A stretch of 64,000 nucleotides of DNA from Eledone cirrhosa (taxonomy: Eukaryota): positions 295,740,001-295,804,000 of the forward strand of contig OZ024740.1 in assembly GCA_964016885.1 (NCBI GenBank), written 5' to 3'. The notes beneath the pieces were generated by a model. That model made no database searches, was not told the origin of the DNA, and saw only the letters and a program-made list of their open reading frames with translations. The position numbers and the translations under genes are program-made. Shown here piece by piece: positions 43,716 to 58,779 of the stretch (position 1 is its first letter; every line of letters starts with the position of its first letter).

Positions 43716-46700
43716 AGTGTATATAACCATATATTATATAGACAGTGAGTGTACCTAAGAATATATTATATAGAGAGTGCGTGTACTGAATATATATTAT
43801 ATAGACAATGAGTGTACCTAAGAATATATTATATAGAGAGTGAGTGTACCTAAGAATATATTATATAGACAGTGAGTGTACCTAAGAATATATTATATAG
43901 ACAGTGAGTGTACCTAAGAATATATTATATAGACAGTGAGTGTACCTAACAATATATTATATAGACAGTGAGTGTACCTAAGAATATATTATATAGCGAG
44001 TGATTGTACCTAAGAATATATTATATAGACAGTGAGTGTACCTAATAATATATTATATAGACAGTGATTGTACCTAAGAATATATTAAATAGGCACTGAC
44101 TGGACCTGAGAATATATTATATAGACAATAAGTGTACCTAAGAATATATTATATAGAGAGTGAGTGTACTGAGAATATATTATATAGACAGTGAGTGTAC
44201 TGAGAATATATTATATAGACAGTGAGTGTACCTAAGAATATATTATATAGAGAGTGAGTGTACCCGAGAATATATTATATAGACAGTGAGTGTACCTAAG
44301 AATATATTATATAGACAGTCAGTGTACCTAAGAATATATTATATAGACAGTGAGTGTACTGAGAATATATTATATAGACAGTGAGTGTAGCTAAGAATAT
44401 ATTATATAGACAGTGAGTGTTCCTAAGAATATATTATATAGACAGTGAGTGTACGTAAGAATATATTATATAGACAGTGAGTGTACCTAAGAACATATTA
44501 TATAGACAGTGAGTGTTCTTAAGAATATATTATATAGACAGTGAGTGTACTGAATATATATTATATAGACAATGAGTGTACCTAAGAATATGTTATATAG
44601 ACAGTGAGTGTACGTAAGAATATATTATATAGACAGTGAGTGTACCTAAGAACATATTATATAGACAGTGAGTGTTCTTAAGAATATATTATATAGACAG
44701 TGAGTGTACTGAATATATATTATATAGACAATGAGTGTACCTAAGAATATATTAAATAGACAGTGAGTGTACATAACAATATATTATATAGACAGTGAGT
44801 GTACCTAAGAATATATTATATATGCAGTAAATGTACCTAACAATATATTATATAGACAGTGAGTGTACCTAAGAATATATTATATAGAGAGTGAGTGTAC
44901 TGAATATATATTATATAGACAATGAGTGTACCTAAGAATATATTATATAGAGAGTGAGTGTACCTAAGAATATATTATATAGATAGTGAGTGTACCTGAG
45001 AATATATTATATAGACAGTGAGTATTCCTAAGAATATATTATATAGACAGCAAGTGTACTGAATATATATTATATAGAAAATGAGTGTACCTAATAATAT
45101 ATTATATAGACAGTGAGTGTATCTAATAATATATTATATAGACAGTGATTGTACCTAAGGATATGTTATATAGACAGTGAGTGTTCCGAAGAATATATTA
45201 TATAGACAGTGAGTGTACTGAATATATATTATATAGACAATGAGTGTACCTAAGAATATATTATATAGACAGTGAGTGTACCTAAGAATATATTATATAG
45301 ACAGTGAGTGTACCTGAGAATATATTATATAGATAGTGAGTGTACCTAACAATATATTATATAGACAGTGAGTGTACCTAACATTATATAGACAGTGAGT
45401 GTACCTAAGAATATATTATATAGAGAGTGAGTGTACCTAAGAATATATTGTATAGAGAGTGAGTGTACCTAAGAATATATTATATAGAGAGTGAGTGTAC
45501 CTAAGAATATATTATATAGACAGTGAGTGTACCTGAGAATATATTATATAGACAGTAAGTGTAACTAACAATATATTATATAGACAGTGAGTGTACCTAA
45601 GAATATATTATATAGGCACTGACTGGACCTGAGAATATATTATATAGACAATAAGTGTACCTAAGAATATATTATATAGAGAGTGAGTGTACTGAGAATA
45701 TATTATATAGACAGTGAGTGTACTGAGAATATATTATATAGACAGTGAGTGTACCTAAGAATATATTATATAGTGAGTGAGTGTACCTAAGAATATATTA
45801 CATAGACAGTGAGTGTACCTGAGAATATATTATATAGACAGTGAGTGTACCTAAGAATATATTATATAGATAGTGAGTGTACCTAAGAATATATTATATA
45901 GAGAGTGAGTCTACCTAAGAATATATTATATAGACAGTGAGTATACCTAAGAATATATTATATAGACAGTGAGTGTACCTGAGAATATATTATATAGACA
46001 GTGAGTGTACCTAAGAATATATTATATAGATAGTGAGTGTACCTAAGAATATATTATATAGACAGTGAGTGTACCTAAGAATATATTATATAGATAGTGA
46101 GTGTACTGAAAATATATTATATAGACAGTGAGTGTACCTAAGAATATATTATATAGACAGTGAGTGTACCTGAGAATATATTTTATAGACAGTGAGTGTT
46201 CCTAAGAATATATTATATAGACAGCAAGTGTACTGAATATATATTATATAGACAATGAGTGTACCTAAGAATATGTTATATAGACAGTGAGTGTACCTAA
46301 GAATATATTATATAGACAGTGAGTGTACCAAAGAATATATTATATAGACAGTGAGTGTACCTAAGAATATATTATATAGACAGTGAGTGTACCTAAGAAC
46401 ATATTATATAGACATTGAGTGTTCCTAAGAATATATTATATAGACAGTGAGTGTACTGAATATATATTATATAGACAATGATTGTACCTAAGAATATATT
46501 ATATAGACAGTGAGTGTATATAACCATATATTATATAGACAGTGAGTGTACCTAAGAATATATTATATAGAGAGTGCGTGTACTGAATATATATTATATA
46601 GACAATGAGTGTACCTAAGAATATATTATATAGAGAGTGAGTGTACCTAAGAATATATTATATAGACAGTGAGTGCACCTAAGAATATATTATATAGACA

Positions 46701-49700
46701 GTGAGTGTACCTAAGAATATATTATATAGACAGTGAGTGTACCTAACAATATATTATATAGACAGTGAGTGTACCTAAGAATATATTATATAGCGAGTGA
46801 TTGTACCTAAGAATATATTATATAGACAGTGAGTGACCTAATAATATATTATATAGACAGTGATTGTACCTAAGAATATATTAAATAGGCACTGACTGGA
46901 CCTGAGAATATATTATATAGACAATAAGTGTACCTAAGAATATATTATATAGAGAGTGAGTGTACTGAGAATATATTATATAGACAGTGAGTGTACTGAG
47001 AATATATTATATAGACAGTGAGTGTACCTAAGAATATATTATATAGAGAGTGAGTGTACCCGAGAATATATTATATAGACAGTGAGTGTACCTAAGAATA
47101 TATTATATAGACAGTCAGTGTACCTAAGAATATATTATATAGACAGTGAGTGTACTGAGAATATATTATATAGACAGTGAGTGTAGCTAAGAATATATTA
47201 TATAGACAGTGAGTGTTCCTAAGAATATATTATATAGACAGCAAGTGTACTGAATATATATTATATAGACAATGAGTGTACCTAAGAATATGTTATATAG
47301 ACAGTGAGTGTACGTAAGAATATATTATATAGACAGTGAGTGTACCTAAGAACATATTATATAGACAGTGAGTGTTCCTAAGAATATATTATATAGACAG
47401 TGAGTGTACTGAATATATATTATATAGACAATGAGTGTACCTAAGAATATATTAAATAGACAGTGAGTGTACATAACAATATATTATATAGACAGTGAGT
47501 GTACCTAAGAATATATTATATATGCAGTAAATGTACCTAACAATATATTATATAGACAGTGAGTGTACCTAAGAATATATTATATAGAGAGTGAGTGTAC
47601 TGAATATATATTATATAGACAATGAGTGTACCTAAGAATATATTATATAGAGAGTGAGTGTACCTAAGAATATATTATATAGATAGTGAGTGTACCTGAG
47701 AATATATTATATAGACAGTGAGTATTCCTAAGAATATATTATATAGACAGCAAGTGTACTGAATATATATTATATAGAAAATGAGTGTACCTAATAATAT
47801 ATTATATAGACAGTGAGTGTATCTAATAATATATTATATAGAAAGTGATTGTACCTAAGGATATGTTATATAGACAGTGAGTGTTCCGAAGAATATATTA
47901 TATAGACAGTGAGTGTACTGAATATATATTATATAGACAATGAGTGTACCTAAGAATATATTATATAGACAGTGAGTGTACCTAAGAATATATTATATAG
48001 ACAGTGAGTGTACCTGAGAATATATTATATAGATAGTGAGTGTACCTAACAATATATTATATAGACAGTGAGTGTACCTAACATTATATAGACAGTGAGT
48101 GTACCTAAGAATATATTATATAGAGAGTGAGTGTACCTAAGAATATATTGTATAGAGAGTGAGTGTACCTAAGAATATATTATATAGAGAGTGAGTGTAC
48201 CTAAGAATATATTATATAGACAGTGAGTGTACCTGAGAATATATTATATAGACAGTAAGTGTAACTAACAATATATTATATAGACAGTGAGTGTACCTAA
48301 GAATATATTATATAGGCACTGACTGGACCTGAGAATATATTATATAGACAATAAGTGTACCTAAGAATATATTATATAGAGAGTGAGTGTACTGAGAATA
48401 TATTATATAGACAGTGAGTGTACTGAGAATATATTATATAGACAATGAGTGTACCTAAGAATATATTATATAGTGAGTGAGTGTACCTAAGAATATATTA
48501 CATAGACAGTGAGTGTACCTGATAATATATTATATAGACAGTGAGTGTACCTAAGAATATATTATATAGATAGTGAGTGTACCTAAGAATATATTATATA
48601 GAGAGTGAGTCTACCTAAGAATATATTATATAGACAGTGAGTATACCTAAGAATATATTATATAGACAGTGAGTGTACCTGAGAATATATTATATAGACA
48701 GTGAGTGTACCTAAGAATATATTATATAGATAGTGAGTGTACCTAAGAATATATTATATAGACAGTGAGTGTACCTAAGAATATATTATATAGATAGTGA
48801 GTGTACTGAAAATATATTATATAGACAGTGAGTGTACCTAAGAATATATTATATAGACAGTGAGTGTACCTGAGAATATATTTTATAGACAGTGAGTGTT
48901 CCTAAGAATATATTATATAGACAGCAAGTGTACTGAATATATATTATATAGACAATGAGTGTACCTAAGAATATGTTATATAGACAGTGAGTGTACCTAA
49001 GAATATATTATATAGACAGTGAGTGTACCAAAGAATATATTATATAGACAGTGAGTGTACCTAAGAATATATTATATAGACAGTGAGTGTACCTAAGAAC
49101 ATATTATATAGACATTGAGTGTTCCTAAGAATATATTATATAGACAGTGAGTGTACTGAATATATATTATATAGACAATGATTGTACCTAAGAATATATT
49201 ATATAGACAGTGAGTGTATATAACCATATATTATATAGACAGTGAGTGTACCTAAGAATATATTATATAGAGAGTGCGTGTACTGAATATATATTATATA
49301 GACAATGAGTGTACCTAAGAATATATTATATAGAGAGTGAGTGTACCTAAGAATATATTATATAGACAGTGAGTGTACCTAAGAATATATTATATAGACA
49401 GTGAGTGTACCTAAGAATATATTATATAGACAGTGAGTGTACCTAACAATATATTATATAGACAGTGAGTGTACCTAAGAATATATTATATAGCGAGTGA
49501 TTGTACCTAAGAATATATTATATAGACAGTGAGTGTACCTAATAATATATTATATAGACAGTGATTGTACCTAAGAATATATTAAATAGGCACTGACTGG
49601 ACCTGAGAATATATTATATAGACAATAAGTGTACCTAAGAATATATTATATAGAGAGTGAGTGTACTGAGAATATATTATATAGACAGTGAGTGTACTGA

Positions 49701-52700
49701 GAATATATTATATAGACAGTGAGTGTACCTAAGAATATATTATATAGAGAGTGAGTGTACCCGAGAATATATTATATAGACAGTGAGTGTACCTAAGAAT
49801 ATATTATATAGGCAGTCAGTGTACCTAAGAATATATTATATAGACAGTGAGTGTACTGAGAATATATTATATAGACAGTGAGTGTAGCTAAGAATATATT
49901 ATATAGACAGGGAGTGTATCTGAGAATATATTATATAGACAGTGAGTGTAGCTAAGAATATATTATATAGCTAGTGAGTGTACCTGAGAATATATTATAT
50001 AGACAGTGAGTGTTCCTAAGAATATATTATATAGACAGCAAGTGTACTGAATATATATTATATAGACAATGAGTGTACCTAAGAATATATTATATAGACA
50101 GTGAGTGTACCTAAGAATATATTATATAGACAGAGAGTGTACCTAAGAATATATTATATAGACAGTGAGTGTACCTAAGAATATATTATATAGACAGTGA
50201 ATGTACCTAAGAATATATTATATAGACAGTGATTGATCCTAAGAATATATTATATAGACAGTGAGTGTACCTAACAATATATTATATAGAGAGTGAGTGT
50301 ACCTAAGAATATATTATATAGGCACTGACTGGACCTGAGAATATATTATATAGACAATAAGTGTACCTAAGAATATATTATATAGAGAGTGAGTGTACTG
50401 AGAATATATTATATAGACAGTGAGTGTACTGAGAATATATTATATAGACAGTGAGTGTACCTAAGAATATATTATATAGAGAGTGAGTGTACCTAAGAAT
50501 ATATTATATAGACAGTGAGTATACCTAAGAATATATTATATAGAGAGTGAGTCTACCTAAGAATATATTATATAGACAGTGAGTGTACCTAAGAATATAT
50601 TATATAGACAGTGAGTGTACCTGAGGATATATTATATAGACAGTGAGTGTACCTAAGAATATATTATATAGATAGTGAGTGTACCTAAGAATATATTATA
50701 TAGACAGTGAGTGTACCTAAGAATATATTATATAGATAGTGAGTGTACTGAGAATATATTATATAGACAGTGAGTGTACCTACGAATATATTATATAGAC
50801 AGTGAGTGTACCAAAGAATATATTATATAGACAGTGAGTGTACGTAAGAATATATTATATAGACAGTGAGTGTACCTAAGAACATATTATATAGACAGTG
50901 AGTGTTCCTAAGAATATATTATATAGACAGTGAGTGTACTGAATATATATTATATAGACAATGAGTGTACCTAAGAATATATTAAATAGACAGTGAGTGT
51001 ACATAACAATATATTATATAGACAGTGAGTGTACCTAAGAATATATTATATATGCAGTAAATGTACCTAACAATATATTATATAGACAGTGAGTGTACCT
51101 AAGAATATATTATATAGAGAGTGAGTGTACTGAATATATATTATATAGACAATGAGTGTACCTAAGAATATATTATATAGAGAGTGAGTGTACCTAAGAA
51201 TATATTATATAGATAGTGAGTGTACCTGAGAATATATTATATAGACAGTGAGTATTCCTAAGAATATATTATATAGACAGCAAGTGTACTGAATATATAT
51301 TATATAGAAAATGAGTGTACCTAATAATATATTATATAGACAGTGAGTGTATCTAATAATATATTATATAGAAAGTGATTGTACCTAAGGATATGTTATA
51401 TAGACAGTGAGTGTTCCGAAGAATATATTATATAGACAGTGAGTGTACTGAATATATATTATATAGACAATGAGTGTACCTAAGAATATATTATATAGAC
51501 AGTGAGTGTACCTAAGAATATATTATATAGACAGTGAGTGTACCTGAGAATATATTATATAGATAGTGAGTGTACCTAACAATATATTATATAGACAGTG
51601 AGTGTACCTAACATTATATAGACAGTGAGTGTACCTAAGAATATATTATATAGAGAGTGAGTGTACCTAAGAATATATTGTATAGAGAGTGAGTGTACCT
51701 AAGAATATATTATATAGAGAGTGAGTGTACCTAAGAATATATTATATAGACAGTGAGTGTACCTGAGAATATATTATATAGACAGTAAGTGTAACTAACA
51801 ATATATTATATAGACAGTGAGTGTACCTAAGAATATATTATATAGGCACTGACTGGACCTGAGAATATATTATATAGACAATAAGTGTACCTAAGAATAT
51901 ATTATATAGAGAGTGAGTGTACTGAGAATATATTATATAGACAGTGAGTGTACTGAGAATATATTATATAGACAATGAGTGTACCTAGGAATATATTATA
52001 TAGTGAGTGAGTGTACCTAAGAATATATTACATAGACAGTGAGTGTACCTGATAATATATTATATAGACAGTGAGTGTACCTAAGAATATATTATATAGA
52101 TAGTGAGTGTACCTAAGAATATATTATATAGAGAGTGAGTCTACCTAAGAATATATTATATAGACAGTGAGTATACCTAAGAATATATTATATAGACAGT
52201 GAGTGTACCTGAGAATATATTATATAGACAGTGAGTGTACCTAAGAATATATTATATAGATAGTGAGTGTACCTAAGAATATATTATATAGACAGTGAGT
52301 GTACCTAAGAATATATTATATAGATAGTGAGTGTACTGAAAATATATTATATAGACAGTGAGTGTACCTAAGAATATATTATATAGACAGTGAGTGTACC
52401 TGAGAATATATTTTATAGACAGTGAGTGTTCCTAAGAATATATTATATAGACAGCAAGTGTACTGAATATATATTATATAGACAATGAGTGTACCTAAGA
52501 ATATGTTATATAGACAGTGAGTGTACCTAAGAATATATTATATAGACAGTGAGTGTACCAAAGAATATATTATATAGACAGTGAGTGTACCTAAGAATAT
52601 ATTATATAGACAGTGAGTGTACCTAAGAACATATTATATAGACATTGAGTGTTCCTAAGAATATATTATATAGACAGTGAGTGTACTGAATATATATTAT

Positions 52701-55310
52701 ATAGACAATGATTGTACCTAAGAATATATTATATAGACAGTGAGTGTATATAACCATATATTATATAGACAGTGAGTGTACCTAAGAATATATTATATAG
52801 AGAGTGCGTGTACTGAATATATATTATATAGACAATGAGTGTACCTAAGAATATATTATATAGAGAGTGAGTGTACCTAAGAATATATTATATAGACAGT
52901 GAGTGTACCTAAGAATATATTATATAGACAGTGAGTGTACCTAAGAATATATTATATAGACAGTGAGTGTACCTAACAATATATTATATAGACAGTGAGT
53001 GTACCTAAGAATATATTATATAGCGAGTGATTGTACCTAAGAATATATTATATAGACAGTGAGTGTACCTAATAATATATTATATAGACAGTGATTGTAC
53101 CTAAGAATATATTAAATAGGCACTGACTGGACCTGAGAATATATTATATAGACAATAAGTGTACCTAAGAATATATTATATAGAGAGTGAGTGTACTGAG
53201 AATATATTATATAGACAGTGAGTGTACTGAGAATATATTATATAGACAGTGAGTGTACCTAAGAATATATTATATAGAGAGTGAGTGTACCCGAGAATAT
53301 ATTATATAGACAGTGAGTGTACCTAAGAATATATTATATAGGCAGTCAGTGTACCTAAGAATATATTATATAGACAGTGAGTGTACTGAGAATATATTAT
53401 ATAGACAGTGAGTGTAGCTAAGAATATATTATATAGACAGGGAGTGTATCTGAGAATATATTATATAGACAGTGAGTGTAGCTAAGAATATATTATATAG
53501 CTAGTGAGTGTACCTGAGAATATATTATATAGACAGTGAGTGTTCCTAAGAATATATTATATAGACAGCAAGTGTACTGAATATATATTATATAGACAAT
53601 GAGTGTACCTAAGAATATATTATATAGACAGTGAGTGTACCTAAGAATATATTATATAGACAGAGAGTGTACCTAAGAATATATTATATAGACAGTGAGT
53701 GTACCTAAGAATATATTATATAGACAGTGAATGTACCTAAGAATATATTATATAGACAGTGATTGATCCTAAGAATATATTATATAGACAGTGAGTGTAC
53801 CTAACAATATATTATATAGAGAGTGAGTGTACCTAAGAATATATTATATAGGCACTGACTGGACCTGAGAATATATTATATAGACAATAAGTGTACCTAA
53901 GAATATATTATATAGAGAGTGAGTGTACTGAGAATATATTATATAGACAGTGAGTGTACTGAGAATATATTATATAGACAGTGAGTGTACCTAAGAATAT
54001 ATTATATAGAGAGTGAGTGTACCTAAGAATATATTATATAGACAGTGAGTATACCTAAGAATATATTATATAGAGAGTGAGTCTACCTAAGAATATATTA
54101 TATAGACAGTGAGTGTACCTAAGAATATATTATATAGACAGTGAGTGTACCTGAGGATATATTATATAGACAGTGAGTGTACCTAAGAATATATTATATA
54201 GATAGTGAGTGTACCTAAGAATATATTATATAGACAGTGAGTGTACCTAAGAATATATTATATAGATAGTGAGTGTACTGAGAATATATTATATAGACAG
54301 TGAGTGTACCTACGAATATATTATATAGACAGTGAGTGTACCAAAGAATATATTATATAGACAGTGAGTGTACGTAAGAATATATTATATAGACAGTGAG
54401 TGTACCTAAGAACATATTATATAGACAGTGAGTGTTCCTAAGAATATATTATATAGACAGTGAGTGTACTGAATATATATTATATAGACAATGAGTGTAC
54501 CTAAGAATATATTAAATAGACAGTGAGTGTACATAACAATATATTATATAGACAGTGAGTGTACCTAAGAATATATTATATATGCAGTAAATGTACCTAA
54601 CAATATATTATATAGACAGTGAGTGTACCTAAGAATATATTATATAGAGAGTGAGTGTACTGAATATATATTATATAGACAATGAGTGTACCTAAGAATA
54701 TATTATATAGAGAGTGAGTGTACCTAAGAATATATTATATAGATAGTGAGTGTACCTGAGAATATATTATATAGACAGTGAGTATTCCTAAGAATATATT
54801 ATATAGACAGCAAGTGTACTGAATATATATTATATAGAAAATGAGTGTACCTAATAATATATTATATAGACAGTGAGTGTATCTAATAATATATTATATA
54901 GACAGTGATTGTACCTAAGGATATGTTATATAGACAGTGAGTGTTCCGAAGAATATATTATATAGACAGTGAGTGTACTGAATATATATTATATAGACAA
55001 TGAGTGTACCTAAGAATATATTATATAGACAGTGAGTGTACCTAAGAATATATTATATAGACAGTGAGTGTACCTGAGAATATATTATATAGATAGTGAG
55101 TGTACCTAACAATATATTATATAGACAGTGAGTGTACCTAACATTATATAGACAGTGAGTGTACCTAAGAATATATTATATAGAGAGTGAGTGTACCTAA
55201 GAATATATTGTATAGAGAGTGAGTGTACCTAAGAATATATTATATAGAGAGTGAGTGTACCTAAGAATATATTATATAGACAGTGAGTGTACCTGAGAAT
55301 ATATTATATA
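42690..55310. repeat. Higher-order repeat domain, ~4 copies of a 2.7-3.5 kb unit (periods ~2800-2860, 2700, 3530, 3530)
   Basis: TATGCAGTAAATG at 44821/47521/51051/54581. The 27-bp deletion monomer (CTA)ACATTATATA at 45381/48081/51611/55141. ATATAACCAT at 43721/46518/49218/52748. Confidence 0.92.
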
Positions 55311-58300
55311 GACAGCGAGTGTACATAAGAATATATTATATAGATAGTGAGTGTACCTGAGAATGTATATAGACAGAGAGTGTACTGAGACTATATTATA
55401 TAGACAGTGAGTGTACCTGAGAATATATTATATAGATAGTGAGTGTATCTGAGAATATATTATATAGATAGTGGGTGTACCTAAGAATTTATTATATAGA
55501 GAGTGAGTGTACCTAAGAATATATTATATAGACAGGGAGTGTACCTAAGAATATATTATATAGACAGTAAGTGTACCTAAGAATATATTATATAGAGAGT
55601 GAGTGTACCTAAGAATATTTTATATAGACAGTAAGTGTACCTAACAATATATTATATAGACATATAGAATATATTATATAGAGAGTGATTTTACCTAAGA
55701 ATATATTATATAGACAGTGAGTGTACCTAATAATATATTATAGAGACAGTGATTGTACCTAAGGATATATTATATAGACAGTGAGTGTACCTAATAATAT
55801 ATTATATAGACACTGACTGGACTGAGAATATATTATATAGACAATAAGTGTACCTAATAATATATTATATAGAGAGTGAATGTACTGAGAATATATTATA
55901 TAGACAGTGAGTGTACTGAGAATATATTATATAGACAGTGAGTGTACATAAGAATATATTATATAGAGAGTGAGTGTTCCCGAGAATATATTATATAGAC
56001 AGTGAGTGTACCTAAGAATATATTATATAGACAGTGAGTGTACCTAAGAATATATTATATAGACAGTGAGTGTACTGAGAATATATTATATAGACAGTGA
56101 GTGTACCTGAGAATATATTATATAGACAGTGAGTGTTCCTAAGAATATATTATATAGACAGCAAGTGTACTGAATATATATTATATAGACAATGAGTGTA
56201 CCTAAGAATATATTATATAGACAGTGAGTGTACCTAAGAACATATTATATAGACAGTGAATGTTCCTAAGAATATATTATATAGACAGTGAGTGTACTGA
56301 ATATATATTATATAGACAATGAGTGTACCTAAGAATATATAATATAGACAGTGAGTGTACATAACACTATATTATATAGACAGTGAGTGTACCTAAGAAT
56401 ATATTATATATACAGTAAGTGTACCTTACAATATATTATATAGACAGTGAGTGTACCTAAGAATATATTATATAGAGAGTGAGTGTACTGAATATATATT
56501 ATATAGACAATGAGTGTACCTCAGAATATATTATATAGAGAGTGAGTGTAACTAAGAATATATTATATAGATAGTGAGTGTACATGAGAATATATTATAT
56601 AGACAGTGAGTGTTCCTAAGAATATATTATATAGAGAGCAAGTGTACCTGAGAATATATATTATATAGACAATGAGTGTACCTAAGAATATATTATATAG
56701 ACAGTGAGTGTACCTAAGAATATATTATATAGACAGTGAGTGTACCTAAGAATATATTATATACACAGTGAGTGTACCTGAGAATATATTATATAGATAG
56801 AGAGTGTACCTGAGAATATATTATATAGACAGTGAGTGTTCCTAAGAATATATTATATAGACAGCAAGTGTACTGAATATATATTATATAGACAATGAGT
56901 GTACCTAAAATATATTATATAGACAGTGAGTGTACCTAACAATATATTATATAGACAGTGAGTGTACCTAAGAATATATTATATAGACAGTGAGTGTTCC
57001 TAACAATATATTATATAGACAGTGAGTGTACTGATTATATATTATATAGACAATGAGTGTACCTAAGAATATATTATATAGACAGTGAGTGTACCTAACA
57101 ATATATTATATAGACAGTGAGTGTACCTAAGAATATATTATATAGACAGTAAGTGTACCTAACAATATATTATATAGACAGTGAGTGTACCTAAGAATAT
57201 ATTATATAGACAGTGAGTGTACCTAAGAATATATTATATAGAGAGTGATTGTACCTAAGAATATATTATATAGACAGTGAGTGTACCTAATAATATATTA
57301 TATAGACAGTGATTGTACCTATGAATATATTATATAGGCACTGACTGGACCTAAGAATATATTATATAGACAGTGAGTGTACCTATTAATATGTTATATA
57401 GATAGTGAGTGTTTCCAAGAATATATTATATAGACAGTGAGTGTATCTAAGAATATATTATATAGATAGTGAGTGTATCTAAGAATATATTATATAGACA
57501 GTGAGTGTACTGAGAATATATTATATAGACAGTGAGTGTACCTAAGAATATATTATATAGACAGTGAGTGTACCTGAGAATATATTATATAGACAGTGAG
57601 TGTACCTGAGAATATATTATATAGACAGTGAGTGTACCTAAGAATATATTATATAGATAGTGAGTGTACCTAAGAATATATTATATAGACAGTGAGTGTA
57701 CCTAAGAATATATTATATAGATAGTGAGTGTACTGAGAATATATTATATAGACAGTGAGTGTACCTAAGAATATATTATATAGACAGTGAGTGTACCTGA
57801 GAATATATTATATAGACAGTGAGTGTTCCTAAGAATATATTATATAGACAGCAAGTGTACTGAATATATATTATATAGACAATGAGTGTACCTAAGAATA
57901 TATTATATAGACAGTGAGTGTACCTAGGAATATATTATATATACAGTGAGTGTACCTAAGCATATATTATATAGACAGTGAGTGTACCTAAGAATATATT
58001 ATATAGACAGTGAGTGTAACTAAGAATATATTATATAGACGGTGAGTGTACCCGAGAATATATTATATAGACAGTGATTGTACCTAAGAATATATTATAT
58101 AGACAGTGAGTGTACCTAACAATATATTATATAGACAGTGAGTGTACCTAAGAATATATTATATAGAAAGTGAGTGTATCAAACAATATATTATATAGAC
58201 AGTGACTGTACCTAAGAATATATTATATAGAGAGTGAGTGTACCTAAGAATATATTATATAGACAGTGAGTGTACCTAAGAATATATTATATAGACAGTG

Positions 58301-58779
58301 AGTGTACCTAAGAATATATTATATAGACAGTGAGTGTACCTAAGAATATATTATATAGAGAGTGAGTGTACCTAAGAATATATTATATAGACAGTAAGTG
58401 TACCTAACAATATATTATATAGACAGTGAGTGTACCTAAGAATATATTATATAGAGAGTGATTGTACCTAAGAATATGTTATATAGACAGTGAGTGTACC
58501 TAATAATATATTATATAGACAGTGATTGTACCTGAGAATATATTATATAGGCACTGACTGGACCTGAGAATATATTATAGAGACAATAAGTGTACCTAAA
58601 ATATATTATATAGAGAGTGAGTGTACTGAGAATATATTATATAGACAGTGAGTGTACTGAGAATATATTATATAGACAGTGAGTGTACCTAAGAATATAT
58701 TATATAGAGAGTGAGTGTACCCGAGAATATATTATATAGACAGTGAGTGTACCTAAGAATATATTATATAGACAGTGAG

